A stretch of 64,000 nt of DNA from Candidatus Latescibacterota bacterium (GCA_965223905.1 CBDCXV010000010.1:832001-896000); one strand, 5' to 3'. Shown: positions 28,777 through 39,995, numbered from the stretch's first letter. Program-made: numbers and translations. Notes: generated from the letters alone by a model not told the origin.

Positions 28777-30285
28777 ATGTATCGGATCCTCGTCGCCGAG
28801 TGCATGCAGGAGATCTCCTCCTTCAACCCCGTCGAGACCCGGTACGGGCACTTCGACATCCGGCGGGGCGAAGAGCTGTTCGTTCATCACCGCGGCATCG
28901 AGTCCTACGTCAGCGGAGCCCTTAAAGTTTTCGAGGGGAGGCCTGACGTCGAGCCGTTGCCGCTGTGGGGCGGGGACGCCTGTTCCTCCGGCCCCCTGGT
29001 GCAGGCGGACTTCGAGCGCCTTGTCGCGGAGATACTCGATGCGGTGGAACGGGAGCATCGCGGGGAAGCGGACGGCTTCTACTTTACCCTGCACGGGGCC
29101 ATGGGGGCCACCGAAGAACTCGATCCTGAGGGGTACCTCCTGCAGGAGGTGCGGCGGCTTGTGGGGCCGGACCTCCCCATCGTCATCTCCCTCGACCTGC
29201 ACGGCATCCTCACGCGGCGGATGCTCGAGCACTGCGACGCCCTCACCCTGCTGCACACCTACCCCCACGTCGACTTCGCCGACACCGGCGCGCGCGCGGC
29301 CCGCCTGCTGCTGCGCATCCTCGACGAGGGCCTGCGTCCCGTGGTCGCCCGGGTTCCGGTTCCGGCGCTGGTCCGCGGCGACGAGCTGATCACGGAGACC
29401 GGCATCTACGGCGAGACCATCCGCCGGGCGCAGGAGCTGGAGCGCTCGGGGAAGGCGCTGGCCGCGGGCATGATGATCGGCAACCCCTTCACCGACGTGC
29501 CCGAGCTCTGCTCGCAGAGCCTCGTGGTCACCGACGGCGACCCCGAGGCCGCGGAGCGGGAGGCGCTGGAGCTGGCGCGCGGCTTCTGGCCAGACCGCGC
29601 CCGCATGCAGGCGCGGCTCGTGAAGGTAGAAGAGGCTATCGAACAGGCGCGCGGCATCGAAGGCACGGCGATCTTCGCAGATGCCGCCGACGCCACCAGC
29701 TCCGGGGCCAGCGGCGACAGCAACTTCATCCTCGCGGCTTTGCTCGAGGCCGGGTACGAGGGCAGCGTGCTCGCGCCGCTGGTCGATCCCCCGGCGGTCC
29801 GGCAGGCCTTCGAGACCGGGGTCGGCAACACCGGCCGCTTCTCGCTGGGGGGCGTCCTCGATCCCCGCTTCACCCCGCAGCAGCTCGAGGCCACCGTTAC
29901 CATGCTGCGCACCGGCCCCTACCCTTTCGAGTCCTGGGGAACCCGGCAGGACGCCGGAGACACGGTGCTGCTCCAGGCAGGCCGCATGAGCATCGTGGTC
30001 ACCTCGCTGCCGGTATACCTCTTCGACCGCTCCCTCTTCCTCGCGCACGGCTGCGACCCGCGGCTGTTCGACCTCGTCGTGGTGAAATCCCCCCACTGCC
30101 AGGAGGGCTTCTTCACCGCCTGGGCCGCGGCGAACTTCAACATCGACGCCCCCGGGTCGACGAGCGCCAACCTCCCGAGCCTGGGGCACACGGTCTGCAG
30201 GCGGCCGGTCTATCCGCTCGACGACGACGTCCGTTTCGAGCCGCGGCCGGAGGTTTTTTCGCGCCGGGGCCGGATACCCAGGTAA
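28777..30285 (+). CDS. mlrC: MlrC-like M81 metallopeptidase
   Basis: QEISSF, LHGAM, DLHG, YPHVD, DAADATSSG, VVKSPH. Confidence 0.88.
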   Translation: MYRILVAECMQEISSFNPVETRYGHFDIRRGEELFVHHRGIESYVSGALKVFEGRPDVEPLPLWGGDACSSGPLVQADFERLVAEILDAVEREHRGEADGFYFTLHGAMGATEELDPEGYLLQEVRRLVGPDLPIVISLDLHGILTRRMLEHCDALTLLHTYPHVDFADTGARAARLLLRILDEGLRPVVARVPVPALVRGDELITETGIYGETIRRAQELERSGKALAAGMMIGNPFTDVPELCSQSLVVTDGDPEAAEREALELARGFWPDRARMQARLVKVEEAIEQARGIEGTAIFADAADATSSGASGDSNFILAALLEAGYEGSVLAPLVDPPAVRQAFETGVGNTGRFSLGGVLDPRFTPQQLEATVTMLRTGPYPFESWGTRQDAGDTVLLQAGRMSIVVTSLPVYLFDRSLFLAHGCDPRLFDLVVVKSPHCQEGFFTAWAAANFNIDAPGSTSANLPSLGHTVCRRPVYPLDDDVRFEPRPEVFSRRGRIPR

Positions 30286-30328
30286 ACCGGCCTTATTTTG
30301 ATCCCCCCAAAAGTCCCGGTTTCGACGG

Positions 30329-30448
30329 GAAGAAGAGGACGGGATCGACTTCCTGTCGGTCACGCATCAGGAGATCATCGCCCGGCTGGCCAGACGTTTC
30401 CGCGACGAGCATCGTGACTACATCGACTACACCGAGAGAAACCTATGA
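30329..30448 (+). pseudogene. Orphan C-terminal fragment of an unidentified gene
   Basis: Host-like codon usage reading EEEDGIDFLSVTHQEIIARLARRFRDEHRDYIDYTERNL*, with no start found. Confidence 0.4.
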
Positions 30449-30797
30449 AGGATCCGCGTTCTCGGCGGCTGTGGACTAGGAGGAAGAAAATGTCCTATAT
30501 CGGCTTTCACCCGGATCGCGCAAAGTGGGCCTTGGTCCTACTGCTCTTCTTTCTTGTCGGATACTCGGAGGGGGACGGCGCGACCGAAGATGGTTCCCAG
30601 ACATGGCACTTGCCAGATGGGGCGATTGCCCGGCTGGGCAAAGGAGACTTTAGGTCCGTTGCCTTTCTTGGCAATGATCGATTCCTTCGGGTGGCAACTG
30701 ACCTTGGCGTGTGGGTGTACGAGGTGGCTACATCTCGTACTCTGGCCTTCTTTCCCACGGGTAGAGTCAAATCAATTGCTATATCCCCCAATGGCAC

Positions 30798-31652
30798 GAA
30801 CCTATCTCAAAATCACAAAATTTAATCTTGAGTTCTGATTGATGATAATGTATCATTATTTATATGGTTACTTTGACCGACAAGCAATGGGAGCGAATCC
30901 GTCATCACTTTCCTGAAGAACATCGTCCCAAAAGCCATCCGGGCCGCAAACCAGTTGCCACACGTGAGGTTCTTGAAGCCGTCCTTTGGATTCTCAATAC
31001 CGGTGCCCAATGGCACATGCTGCCGCAGGGCTATCCGAACTACAAAACGGTGCATCGTCGCTTTCAAAATTGGTGTCGCAACGAGGTGCTGCGCGATGTT
31101 CTCATGGACTTGGCCAATACCCTTCACGAGCAAGGGGACCTGGACGAATCGGAAGCTTTCATCGACGGCATGTTCTCGGCGGCCAAGGGTGGAGGTGCCG
31201 ATGTCGGCCACAGCAAGCGAGGTAAGGGGGTGCGGGTCATGGGGATCGTGGACGGCAATGGGCTTCCCTTGTCGGTGAGCACGCATGCAGCGAACCATCA
31301 TGAAGTGACGCTGGTTCAGTTGACCTTTGACTTTTACCTGATCGAAGACAAACCTGACAACTTGATCGGTGACAAAGCGTACGACAGCGATTCGTTGGAT
31401 GAAGAACTTAAGAAAGACGGGATCGAGATGATCGCCCCGCATCGCCAGAATCGGACCAAGAAAAAGACTCAGGATGGACGGCGATTGCGGCGTTATGTGC
31501 GGCGTTGGATGGTTGAGAGATTCTTTGCTTGGCTTCAATGGCAGCGTCGAGTGATCACTCGCTGGGAATTGTATCCGGAGAATTTCCTTGGCTTCGTCCA
31601 ACTTGCATCCATTTTGATTTTACTTAAACAATTTCAATTTTGAGATAGGTTC
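30798..31652 (+). mobile_element. IS5-family insertion sequence, 855 bp
   Basis: Perfect 16-bp terminal IRs GAACCTATCTCAAAAT / ATTTTGAGATAGGTTC flanked by a 2-bp AC duplication. Confidence 0.93.
30864..31643 (+). CDS. IS5-family transposase
   Basis: LTDKQW, WILNTGAQW..LP, FIDG, GDKAYD, RWMVERFFAWL..RR (DDE). Confidence 0.95.
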   Translation: MVTLTDKQWERIRHHFPEEHRPKSHPGRKPVATREVLEAVLWILNTGAQWHMLPQGYPNYKTVHRRFQNWCRNEVLRDVLMDLANTLHEQGDLDESEAFIDGMFSAAKGGGADVGHSKRGKGVRVMGIVDGNGLPLSVSTHAANHHEVTLVQLTFDFYLIEDKPDNLIGDKAYDSDSLDEELKKDGIEMIAPHRQNRTKKKTQDGRRLRRYVRRWMVERFFAWLQWQRRVITRWELYPENFLGFVQLASILILLKQFQF

Positions 31653-34133
31653 ACTACTGTCGCTACTGGAAGTGACCACACAGTCCAGCTGTGGGATGCG
31701 GTCACAGGAGAGAATATCGCCACCCTTGAAGGACATGAGAGTCAAACAGGGGAACTTGACAATTATGTGTGGACACTCTCGTTCTCACCTGATGGAGTTC
31801 TTCTCGCTTCCGGAGCCGGGGATGGAATCATACTCTGGGACGTAGCGACGCGCACCGAGGTCGCTGCCTTGCCAGCAAGAATGGGCCCAGTGACAGCTAG
31901 GATCACGTTTTCTCCGGATGGCACCACCATTTTCGCCAGAACAGGCGGTTGTAACTACCGATTGTGGGATGTAGAGGCCAAGGTAGAGATAGACACCCCT
32001 GTATTAGCCCCCCTCATGCTAGGTGAATTGCAGTCACGGGGAGGAGCGATTCTCTCCCCTGATGCGACACTGGTCGCTTGCACAGTTTGGAATTGGGATC
32101 GGGACACCGTTGACCGGGTTGAGGTGTGGAATTTGAGAACAGGCGAAAAGATCGTCACCCTGAAAGCATACGGGTGCCTGGAGGGATCGCTGTTGTTTTC
32201 ACCCGATGGGACCTCGTTGGCCTGCGGATCTGGTGAAAGGGGCTTCCTCCTTTGGGACGTTGAGAGTTGGAATCGCGTCCCCATCGAGGAGAGGGACGGC
32301 GAGACAGTCATTTCCATTTCGTTTTCCCCCGATGGAACTACCCTGGCTTCCGCCCGGTGGGATGGAACGATCAAGCTGTGGGATGTGGCGACGGGGAAGA
32401 GTATCGCCACCATTGAGGCCCATGAAGGGGAAGTCCTTTCCGTCTCGTTTTCGTCCGATGGAGCCACTTTGGCTTCAGGTTCCCACGATGGAACGGTCAA
32501 GCTGTGGGACGGAGCGAATTGGCAAAGAATTACCTCTTTCTCAGGGCATAATGGTAATCTCGACGCGGTGGCATTTTCTCCCGATGGAACTACTCTCGCG
32601 GCCGCGTCATGGTATGGAACAGTCGCGTTGTGGGAGATGGCTACACTCAGAAATACCGTCACGCTGGGACCCTTCGGTTCGGTGAATTCCGTGGCGTTTT
32701 CTCCAGATGGCACCACTCTGGCCGCCGGGTACCAGAGCGGCACGTACGGATATCTCAGGCTGTGGGACTTATCGACGAGGCAAGTCTCCACCATCGCCTG
32801 CCGGGGCAATGGTGCTCGGGGACTGCCGTTGGCCTTCTCGCACGACGGTGCCCTCGCGGTTGGATGGGAGGGAAGGGTCGGTCTCTGGGACGTGAGGACG
32901 GAGGATAGGGTGGCCATCTTGGAAGGGCATACAGCCGTTGTGAAGTCGGTTTCGTTTTCTCCAGATGGAACTTTAGCTGCCGGGTTACGGGATGGAACGG
33001 TTCATCTATGGGACGTAACGAGAGGGGAAAGGGTTGCGACTCTCGAAGGACATGGAGGCGTGATTGGTTCGGTATCCTTCTCTCCCGATGGAGCCACCTT
33101 GGCCTCGGGGTCAGGGGATACGGTTCATCTCTGGGACGTGACGAGAGGGGAGAGGGTTGCAGCCCTCGAAGGACATAGATGGGGGGTTCGTTCGGTGGCG
33201 TTTTCGCCGGATGGCACCATCCTCGCTGCCGGGTCTGACCATGGAAGCAAACTGTGGGACGTGGCGGCGCAAACCGAGATCGCCTCTCTCGAAGGCCACC
33301 GGCATCTGGTCATCTCTGTTGCATTCTCACCTGATGGAACAACGCTCGCTTCCTCGTCCCTGGACGGCACGATTCTCTTGTGGGATATGTCGCCCTACAT
33401 ACGCTCTGCACCCACAGCGATCCAATCTCCGTTCTCTCCGTTACCGAGGCCGACCGCCCTGCTCGGCAACTTCCCCAACCCCTTCAACACCACGACCTTG
33501 ATCGAGTACCACCTTGCCGAGCCCGGGGGCGTGCGCTTGGTGATCCACAACGCGCTCGGTCAGCCCGTGCGGACTCTGGTCGACGACTCTCGTGGGGCCG
33601 GGCACCACTCGGTCGAATGGGACGCACATGACGACGGCAGCACCCTCGTTGCCTCCGGGGTCTACCTGGCCCGCCTCAGCCATCCTGGAGGTGCCCAAAC
33701 GCGGCGTCTGATGTTCCTGAAGTAGCCCTCCGGTCAACCCACCGAGCATCCCCCGTCGAGGCAGCCTTGGCGCCCCCTCTTTGTCCGAACGCGACGCGAC
33801 CCCGCACGCGACCGCCGCCACCGAACTCGTTCCCGAAGCCAGCCATAGCCGGTAGGGCCAAGGAGCGGCATTCCCACAACCCCCTTGTGGTTGGCTGTTT
33901 TTCGTTGACAACCGGGGCCTGGGCTCTGTACCGTGCCCCTCGCTGACGCTTGTTCCGCCGTAAAACCCGTCTGTCGGGTCTCCTGCTGAATACAACAGCT
34001 GCAGTACCGAGGCCCCGGGCTAGCTATCCGTGGTCGGCGAATAGGCGGGACCTTCCTCGCTCTTCCGCGTGCAAGCGTCAGTCATGCCCGGCTCCGGTGA
34101 GACGGGCGAGTTGTTCACCAAGAGGGTGATCCC

Positions 34134-35153
34134 ATGCTGCGCGTCGCCATCGCCGGCTGCCACCGGCAACTCCTGCGCAAACCGGGAAGCCACAACTTCG
34201 CCTCCGCCTTCTGCGCCCACCCCGGCACTCAGGTCGCCGGTGTCTTCGACTACAGCGCAAGGGAGCGCGCCGGATTCGTCGAGTGCTGGCGGGAGGTCTG
34301 GGGTGAGGTACCGGCCTTCGACAACTACGAGCAGCTTCTCGAAGAGGTCCGGCCCGACATCGTCTGCATCGCCACCCGGCAGACCATGCACGCCGACCAG
34401 ATCGAAAAGGCGGTGGCCGCCGGAGCGCGCGGAATCCTCTGCGACAAACCGCTGGTAACCAGCCTCTCCGAGCTGGACCGGGTCGCCGCGGCCTGCGCGG
34501 AGATTCCGCTGGCCTTCGCTCTCGACCGCCGCTGGGACCCTGCGTACCGGACGCTCTGCTCAGCGCTTTCCTCAGCCCCGATCGGCGAGATCAGCAGCCT
34601 CGTCGCCTACGGCATCCCGAACACGATCAACCACGGCTGCCACTGGTACGACGCCATGCTCATGCTCCTCGGCGATCCGGAACCTGCCTGGGTCAGCGGC
34701 TTCCTCGACCCCGGCGACTCTCAGGACGAGCGCCGCCGCAGCGACCCGCCCTGCCGGGCGCAGATCGGCATGGAGAACGGCGTCACCGCTTACGTCACCT
34801 GCGACGGGCCAAAGGGCCCTGCCTTCGAGATCGCCGGGGAGGAAGGGCGCATCTCGGTGTTCGCAGACGCCGCCGCAGCCCGCATCCACAAGGACGCATC
34901 GGAAGAGCGGCTGCCCCTGCCTCCGAAGGTGGAAGGCTGGCATGCCGGCATGGACATGGTCGCCGACCTGGTGCGGGCCGTGAAGGAAGGAGGGCGCACC
35001 GCCTGTGACCTTCCCCAGGCCCGGCGCGCCACCGAGATCGGGTTCGCCATCTGCTCCTCTTCGGCACGGGACGGGGTCCGGGTCCGGCTGCCCGCGGACG
35101 ACCGCTCCCTCCGCGTCCAGTCGTATCCGTGGGGGAACGAAGCTCCCGCGTAA
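34134..35153 (+). CDS. Gfo/Idh/MocA family oxidoreductase
   Basis: PDIVCIAT, CDKPL, NHGCHWYD. Confidence 0.88.
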   Translation: MLRVAIAGCHRQLLRKPGSHNFASAFCAHPGTQVAGVFDYSARERAGFVECWREVWGEVPAFDNYEQLLEEVRPDIVCIATRQTMHADQIEKAVAAGARGILCDKPLVTSLSELDRVAAACAEIPLAFALDRRWDPAYRTLCSALSSAPIGEISSLVAYGIPNTINHGCHWYDAMLMLLGDPEPAWVSGFLDPGDSQDERRRSDPPCRAQIGMENGVTAYVTCDGPKGPAFEIAGEEGRISVFADAAAARIHKDASEERLPLPPKVEGWHAGMDMVADLVRAVKEGGRTACDLPQARRATEIGFAICSSSARDGVRVRLPADDRSLRVQSYPWGNEAPA

Positions 35154-35555
35154 CAGGGCCCACGACTCACGGGCCAGCACCATATTTCACTGTTCCCACC
35201 GCTGGAGCACAGAGGGCGAAATGGTTGGCTGTTCCGGGCGCGCGATCGCACCACCTCGTGTATGCGCTGGCTCGAGGCTTTTTGATCCCTCTTTCCGCTA
35301 CTGCTACACTGAGCCAAACCAGGCCACACCGGGTAACCAGATTGCCCATTCTCCCATCCCTGAGTTGCACCAGTTCAGGTCTCACTTGCGCGACCCGATT
35401 CCCCGGCGGAATTGCCCGGTGTCGCCGGCAGTTGGATTTTCATCCCTGAAGCGGAGCACCTGAAGGAGCGCACGTCCGCCGGTCGACCGGTATTGCGGCT
35501 GCCCGATGTCCCCGCTTCCAGCCACCGAAGCAGCAGTCCCCTGGAGAAACCAAAC

Positions 35556-36449
35556 ATGAGCCTGAGAATCGAAAAAATCAGCGAGCACATCGGCGCCGAG
35601 GTCCACGGCGTCGACATCGCCTCCCCCATCGACAGCGGCACCTTCGCCCTCCTGCGCGAGGCCTTCCACCGGCACTCCGTCCTCGTCTTTCGCGGCCAGG
35701 AGATCGGCGACGAGCAGCACGTGGCCTTCAGCGAGGGGTTCGGCCCCCTCGAGATGACCATCCCCAGCGACCCGGTCGGCGACGGCGGCCCCATCGGCGT
35801 CATCTGCAACGTCGACGACAACGGCGACGTCATCCCCCCCGACGACCAGCGCATGCTCTACCAGAAGGGGAACACCCTGTGGCACTCGGACGGCTCTTTC
35901 CGCAAGGTGCCGCTGCGCGGCTCCCTGCTGTCGGCCAAGGAGGTGCCGCCCGCCGGAGGCGAGACCGAGTACGCGAGCCTGCGCGCCGCTTACGCCACCC
36001 TCACCGACGAACGCAAGGAACTGATCGAGGACCTGGTCGCCGAGCACAGCATCGCCTGGTCGCGGCAGCAGATCGCCCCCGGCCTGATGGACGACGAGTT
36101 CCTCAAGGACACGCCGCCGGCGCCGCATCCGCTGGTGCGCAGGATTCCCGAGACCGGCGAGAAGGTCCTCCTCGTCGGCTCGTACGCCACCCACATCGTC
36201 GGCTGGCCGGTGGAGAAGGGCCGCGCCCTGCTAGCGGAGCTTCTCGAATGGGCGACGCAGCCGGCCTTCGTGTACCGCCACGAGTGGCGGCGGCACGACC
36301 TGGTGATGTGGGACAACGTCAGCTGCCTGCATCGCGGCCGGCCCTGGGACGGCCGCTACCGCCGCGTCATGCACCGGACCACCCTTTCCGGGGCGAGCCT
36401 GGCGGAGGCAGCCGTTGCCTCCCGCAGCGGCCGGAGATCAAAGCAATGA
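35556..36449 (+). CDS. TauD/TfdA family 2OG-dependent dioxygenase
   Basis: GAEVHGVD, WHSDGS, GGETEY, MWDN..LHRG, RVMHRTT. Confidence 0.92.
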   Translation: MSLRIEKISEHIGAEVHGVDIASPIDSGTFALLREAFHRHSVLVFRGQEIGDEQHVAFSEGFGPLEMTIPSDPVGDGGPIGVICNVDDNGDVIPPDDQRMLYQKGNTLWHSDGSFRKVPLRGSLLSAKEVPPAGGETEYASLRAAYATLTDERKELIEDLVAEHSIAWSRQQIAPGLMDDEFLKDTPPAPHPLVRRIPETGEKVLLVGSYATHIVGWPVEKGRALLAELLEWATQPAFVYRHEWRRHDLVMWDNVSCLHRGRPWDGRYRRVMHRTTLSGASLAEAAVASRSGRRSKQ

Positions 36450-37558
36450 CGACGGATACCACCACGGACTCGGCAGCGATCCCCGCCCGCCTCGACAACC
36501 TGCTGCGGCCCGAGGTCCTGGCCGCCTTCGACCGCGCCGCTTTCGAGCGCGAGGGGTACTGGGTCTGGGAGGGGGTCCTCACCGAAGCCGGCCGGGAGCG
36601 GTTCACCGCCAGTCTCGAGAGGCTGCAACAGCTCAACGACGACATCATCATGGCGACCGACTGGGGAGCCATCGACTACGAGGCCCGGGGTCTGGAACCG
36701 CCGTCCCCGGAAGAGCTCGCCATCGAGGCGCGGCAGCGCACCCTCGGCGGCAGCGAGGAGGTCCGTTGCCTGCCGCGCCAAGGCCGCGCCTACATGCACG
36801 AACACGGGCTCTTCGGTCCGGAGCCCACCCTCGTCACCCCCGGTGTCGACTCCGAGGGGATGATGCCGGAGTACTGGGCCGCGGCGTACGACGGCTTCAT
36901 CCTCGACGTCATCACCGCGCACCCGCAGATGATGGAGCTGCTCGCCAGACTCTTCGGCGACCGCTTCGTCCTCGACCACCTGGTGCTGATGAACCGCTCC
37001 CCCGGGTCGAGAGGCCGGCGCTGGCACGGCCACCCGTACCGCGACGGCAGTTACGAGGTCCAGGACCGGGTCGGGGACGGCAGCGCCCTCACCCGGGAGT
37101 ACCTGCGGGAGCAGTGCATCCGCACCCTCTGCTACCCCGAGGGGGCCGACGACGAGCACGGCGGCGAGCTCGCGGTAATTCCCGGATCTCACCTCTACCG
37201 CATACCTTACAAATGGGACGGCGGCCGCAACGAGGGGGACGAGGAGATGGAAAGGTACTGGCTGCCGGGAAAGGTCCACGCCTTCACCGGGGAGCCGCTG
37301 AAGATCGTGCACCTGCAGATCCCTCCCGGCAGCATGGTCTCCTTCGTCCACCACATGCCGCACTTCGTCGGTTACCGGGCGCCCGGCGCCCCGGTGCGCT
37401 GGGGGCTGCTAATGGCTTACCGGAGCCCCGACCCCAATGCCGAGCCGGGAAAGTGGTCGGAGGGAGTGCCGCCGCACTGGGCGGAGCGGATGCTCGCTGC
37501 CGGCAGGCTTTCGTCCCAGGCGCGGCAGGTGTTCGCAGGCGACAACCCGGTTTTCTGA
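36446..37558 (+). CDS. PhyH-like DSBH protein with atypical metal motif
   Basis: FEREGY, WHGH, LAVIPGSH, PPGSMV..HHMPH; translationally coupled to the tauD-like gene. Confidence 0.75.
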   Translation: MTTDTTTDSAAIPARLDNLLRPEVLAAFDRAAFEREGYWVWEGVLTEAGRERFTASLERLQQLNDDIIMATDWGAIDYEARGLEPPSPEELAIEARQRTLGGSEEVRCLPRQGRAYMHEHGLFGPEPTLVTPGVDSEGMMPEYWAAAYDGFILDVITAHPQMMELLARLFGDRFVLDHLVLMNRSPGSRGRRWHGHPYRDGSYEVQDRVGDGSALTREYLREQCIRTLCYPEGADDEHGGELAVIPGSHLYRIPYKWDGGRNEGDEEMERYWLPGKVHAFTGEPLKIVHLQIPPGSMVSFVHHMPHFVGYRAPGAPVRWGLLMAYRSPDPNAEPGKWSEGVPPHWAERMLAAGRLSSQARQVFAGDNPVF

Positions 37559-37581
37559 ACAATCTTCATATCGAGACCAGG

Positions 37582-38646
37582 ATGGGCAAAGAAGAGCTGT
37601 CCCCCGCGACCTTCATCGGCGTGCAGGGGGACGACGTCATTTCATTCGGATCGGGGCAGCCGGACCTGCCCCCGCCTCCCGAGGCGTACCACGTTCTCCC
37701 CCACTACCGCGACTTCAAGTACGGGCTGATCCAGGGGATGGCGGAGCTGCGCCGGGCGCTGGCCGGCCAGTACCCCGACTCGACCCCCGACAGCTTCGTC
37801 ATCACCAACGGCGCTTCCGAGGCGCTCGACCTCGTGCTGCGGGTGATCGCCCGCAAGCAGGGGCCCGGCGGCAAGGTCCTGATGGCGCGCCCCTACTACT
37901 ACTCCTACCCGCACATGGCGCGCTACGCCGGGCTCGAGCCGGTCTACACCGACACCATCGACGGCCTCATCGACTTCGACGACTTCGCCGCCAAGGTCGG
38001 GGACTGCCGCGCCGTCATCGTCAACTCCCCCTCCAACCCGACGGGACGCGTCGAGGCGATCGAGACCCTGGCGAAGATCGAGAAACTCACCAGCGATCTC
38101 GGGGTCTACGTGCTCTCCGACGAGGTCTACAAGGACCTGATCTACGTGCGCGAGAACTACCTCCTCAAGGGCCCGCACGTGGTCACCATCAACTCCTTCT
38201 CCAAGACCTACGCCATGTGCGGCTTCCGGGTCGGCTACCTCTGGTCCCTCGACCAGGAGCTGGTCGAGGAGGTGATCGCCGTCAAGACGCACACCTCGAT
38301 GAACACCAACATCCTCGGCCAGGAGATGGCACTGGCGGCTGTGGGGGTCTCCTCCGACTTCGCGGAGAAGCAGCTGGAGGTCTGGCGCCACCGCCGCGAC
38401 CTGATCTGGCAGGGACTCGCCGACCTCGGCCTCGACCTGTGGAAGCCGGAAGGGGCCTTCTACGTCATGCCCAGGGTAGAGGAGCCCCTCGACTTCGTCC
38501 GCGACCTCTTCGAGCGCTACAAGGTGATCACCTACCTCGGCGACTGGTTCGGCTCCCCGGACCGGGTGCGGCTGTCGTACGCCCTCGATGTGGGCAAGAT
38601 CGAAGAGGGGCTCGAGCGCATCGGGCGTTACCTGCGGCAGCGGTAG
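37582..38646 (+). CDS. PLP-dependent aminotransferase class I/II
   Basis: GQPD, ITNGASEAL, NSPSNPTG, SDEVY, SFSKTYAMCGFRVG, VRLSYA. Confidence 0.93.
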   Translation: MGKEELSPATFIGVQGDDVISFGSGQPDLPPPPEAYHVLPHYRDFKYGLIQGMAELRRALAGQYPDSTPDSFVITNGASEALDLVLRVIARKQGPGGKVLMARPYYYSYPHMARYAGLEPVYTDTIDGLIDFDDFAAKVGDCRAVIVNSPSNPTGRVEAIETLAKIEKLTSDLGVYVLSDEVYKDLIYVRENYLLKGPHVVTINSFSKTYAMCGFRVGYLWSLDQELVEEVIAVKTHTSMNTNILGQEMALAAVGVSSDFAEKQLEVWRHRRDLIWQGLADLGLDLWKPEGAFYVMPRVEEPLDFVRDLFERYKVITYLGDWFGSPDRVRLSYALDVGKIEEGLERIGRYLRQR

Positions 38647-38708
38647 GGGGCCGGGAATAGGTCGGAGCGGTTGCGAAGGGTGAGTCTCGTGGCAGGGAGA
38701 GAAACCGC

Positions 38709-39995
38709 ATGAAAGCGACCATTACCATTTTCGGGATTTGCCTCCTCCTGCTTGCGACCGGACCGGCCTCCGGTGCCGACTGCGATAACTGGAACACCAG
38801 GGGATTTTTTGAAACCGCTACAGTCGAGGAATTGACGGGTTGCCTTCAGGCCGGTGCCGACCCGAACGCACGGGACGAAGAGGGGAATACTCCCCTGCAT
38901 GCAGCGGTCCATTCAGATCCCGCCGTGCTCACGGCCCTGCTGAACGCCGGAGCAGACCCCAACGCGCGCGACAAAGGCGGCCGCACTCCTCTGGACGGGG
39001 CGATCTCCTCGACGGTCCTTTCGAATGGAAGTCCTTCCGTCATCACGCTGCTTCTGGAAGCCGGGGCCGACCCGAACGCACGGCACGAAAGCGGAGGAAC
39101 TTCCCTGGATCTCGCTGTCCTGTTAAGCGCCCATCCCGCCGTTATTACGACCCTGCTGAAAGCCGGGGCCGACCCGAACGCACGGAACCCCAACATCGGC
39201 TTCACCCCACTGCATTGGGCTGCTGCCAATAGAATCATAAACCCCGACGTCGTTACTGCCTTCGTGAAAGCCGGAGCCGATCCAAACGCGCGGGACAAAG
39301 ACGGCCGCACCCCTCTCCATCTGGCAGCAGAAGAGAACGAAAATCCCGCGGTCATCACTGCCTTGCTTGACGCCGGAGCCGACCTCACCGCACGGGACAG
39401 TAACGGCAACACCTCCCTGCATTGGGCTGCTGGGCGGAACGATAATCCCGACGTCATCGCTGCCTTGCTTGACGCCGGAGCTGACCCCAACGCAAGGAAC
39501 AAAAACGGAAACACTTTCCTCCATTCGGCGATGTGGAACAATAACCCCGACGTTATTTCTACCTTGCTGAAGGCCGGGGCCGACACGAACGCACGAAACA
39601 AAAACGGAAACACCTCCCTGCATTTGGCAGCAGTGCAGAACGATAATCCCGCGGTCCTCGCTGCTCTCCTGAATACCGGGGCGGATCCAAACGCACGGGA
39701 CAAAGACGGCTGCACCCCTCTGCATCTGGCAGGAAGGAACGATAACCCCGACGTCATCGCTGTTCTCTTGAAGGCCGGGGGCGACACGAACGCACGGGAC
39801 AAAAACGGCAATTCCTCCCTGCATTTGGCGGCCATTTTAACAAAAAATCCCGCAGTCATAACCTTACTCTTGGACGCAGGTGCCGACCCGAATGCACGAA
39901 ACGAGGAGGGCCACCTCCCCTGGGATTACGCCGAGAAAAACGAAGCCCTCAAGAACACCGACGCCTATTGGCGGCTGCATGACGCGAGGTTTTGA
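38709..39995 (+). CDS. Secreted ankyrin-repeat protein, about 11 repeats
   Basis: Signal peptide; repeated GADPNARDxxGxTPLHxA. Confidence 0.95.
   Translation: MKATITIFGICLLLLATGPASGADCDNWNTRGFFETATVEELTGCLQAGADPNARDEEGNTPLHAAVHSDPAVLTALLNAGADPNARDKGGRTPLDGAISSTVLSNGSPSVITLLLEAGADPNARHESGGTSLDLAVLLSAHPAVITTLLKAGADPNARNPNIGFTPLHWAAANRIINPDVVTAFVKAGADPNARDKDGRTPLHLAAEENENPAVITALLDAGADLTARDSNGNTSLHWAAGRNDNPDVIAALLDAGADPNARNKNGNTFLHSAMWNNNPDVISTLLKAGADTNARNKNGNTSLHLAAVQNDNPAVLAALLNTGADPNARDKDGCTPLHLAGRNDNPDVIAVLLKAGGDTNARDKNGNSSLHLAAILTKNPAVITLLLDAGADPNARNEEGHLPWDYAEKNEALKNTDAYWRLHDARF

Larger units (their letters stand above)
30490..33725 (+). pseudogene. Secreted WD40-repeat protein with FlgD/T9SS type A-like C-terminal domain, interrupted by an IS5 element
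   Basis: Removing the IS restores ...ISPNG-TTVATGSDHTVQLWD in frame (about 792 aa); many SFSPDGxxLAS..LWD repeats; NFPNPFN...ASGVYL C-terminus. Confidence 0.9.

Noticed and set aside
32940-33230. DNA direct repeats in the WD40 gene as a diversity-generating TR/VR pair
   Set aside because: Explained by WD40 repeat duplication; differences are not adenine-specific and there is no RT
33730-34130. Long intergenic region as possible ncRNA or riboswitch
   Set aside because: No known motif or convincing structure recognised by eye
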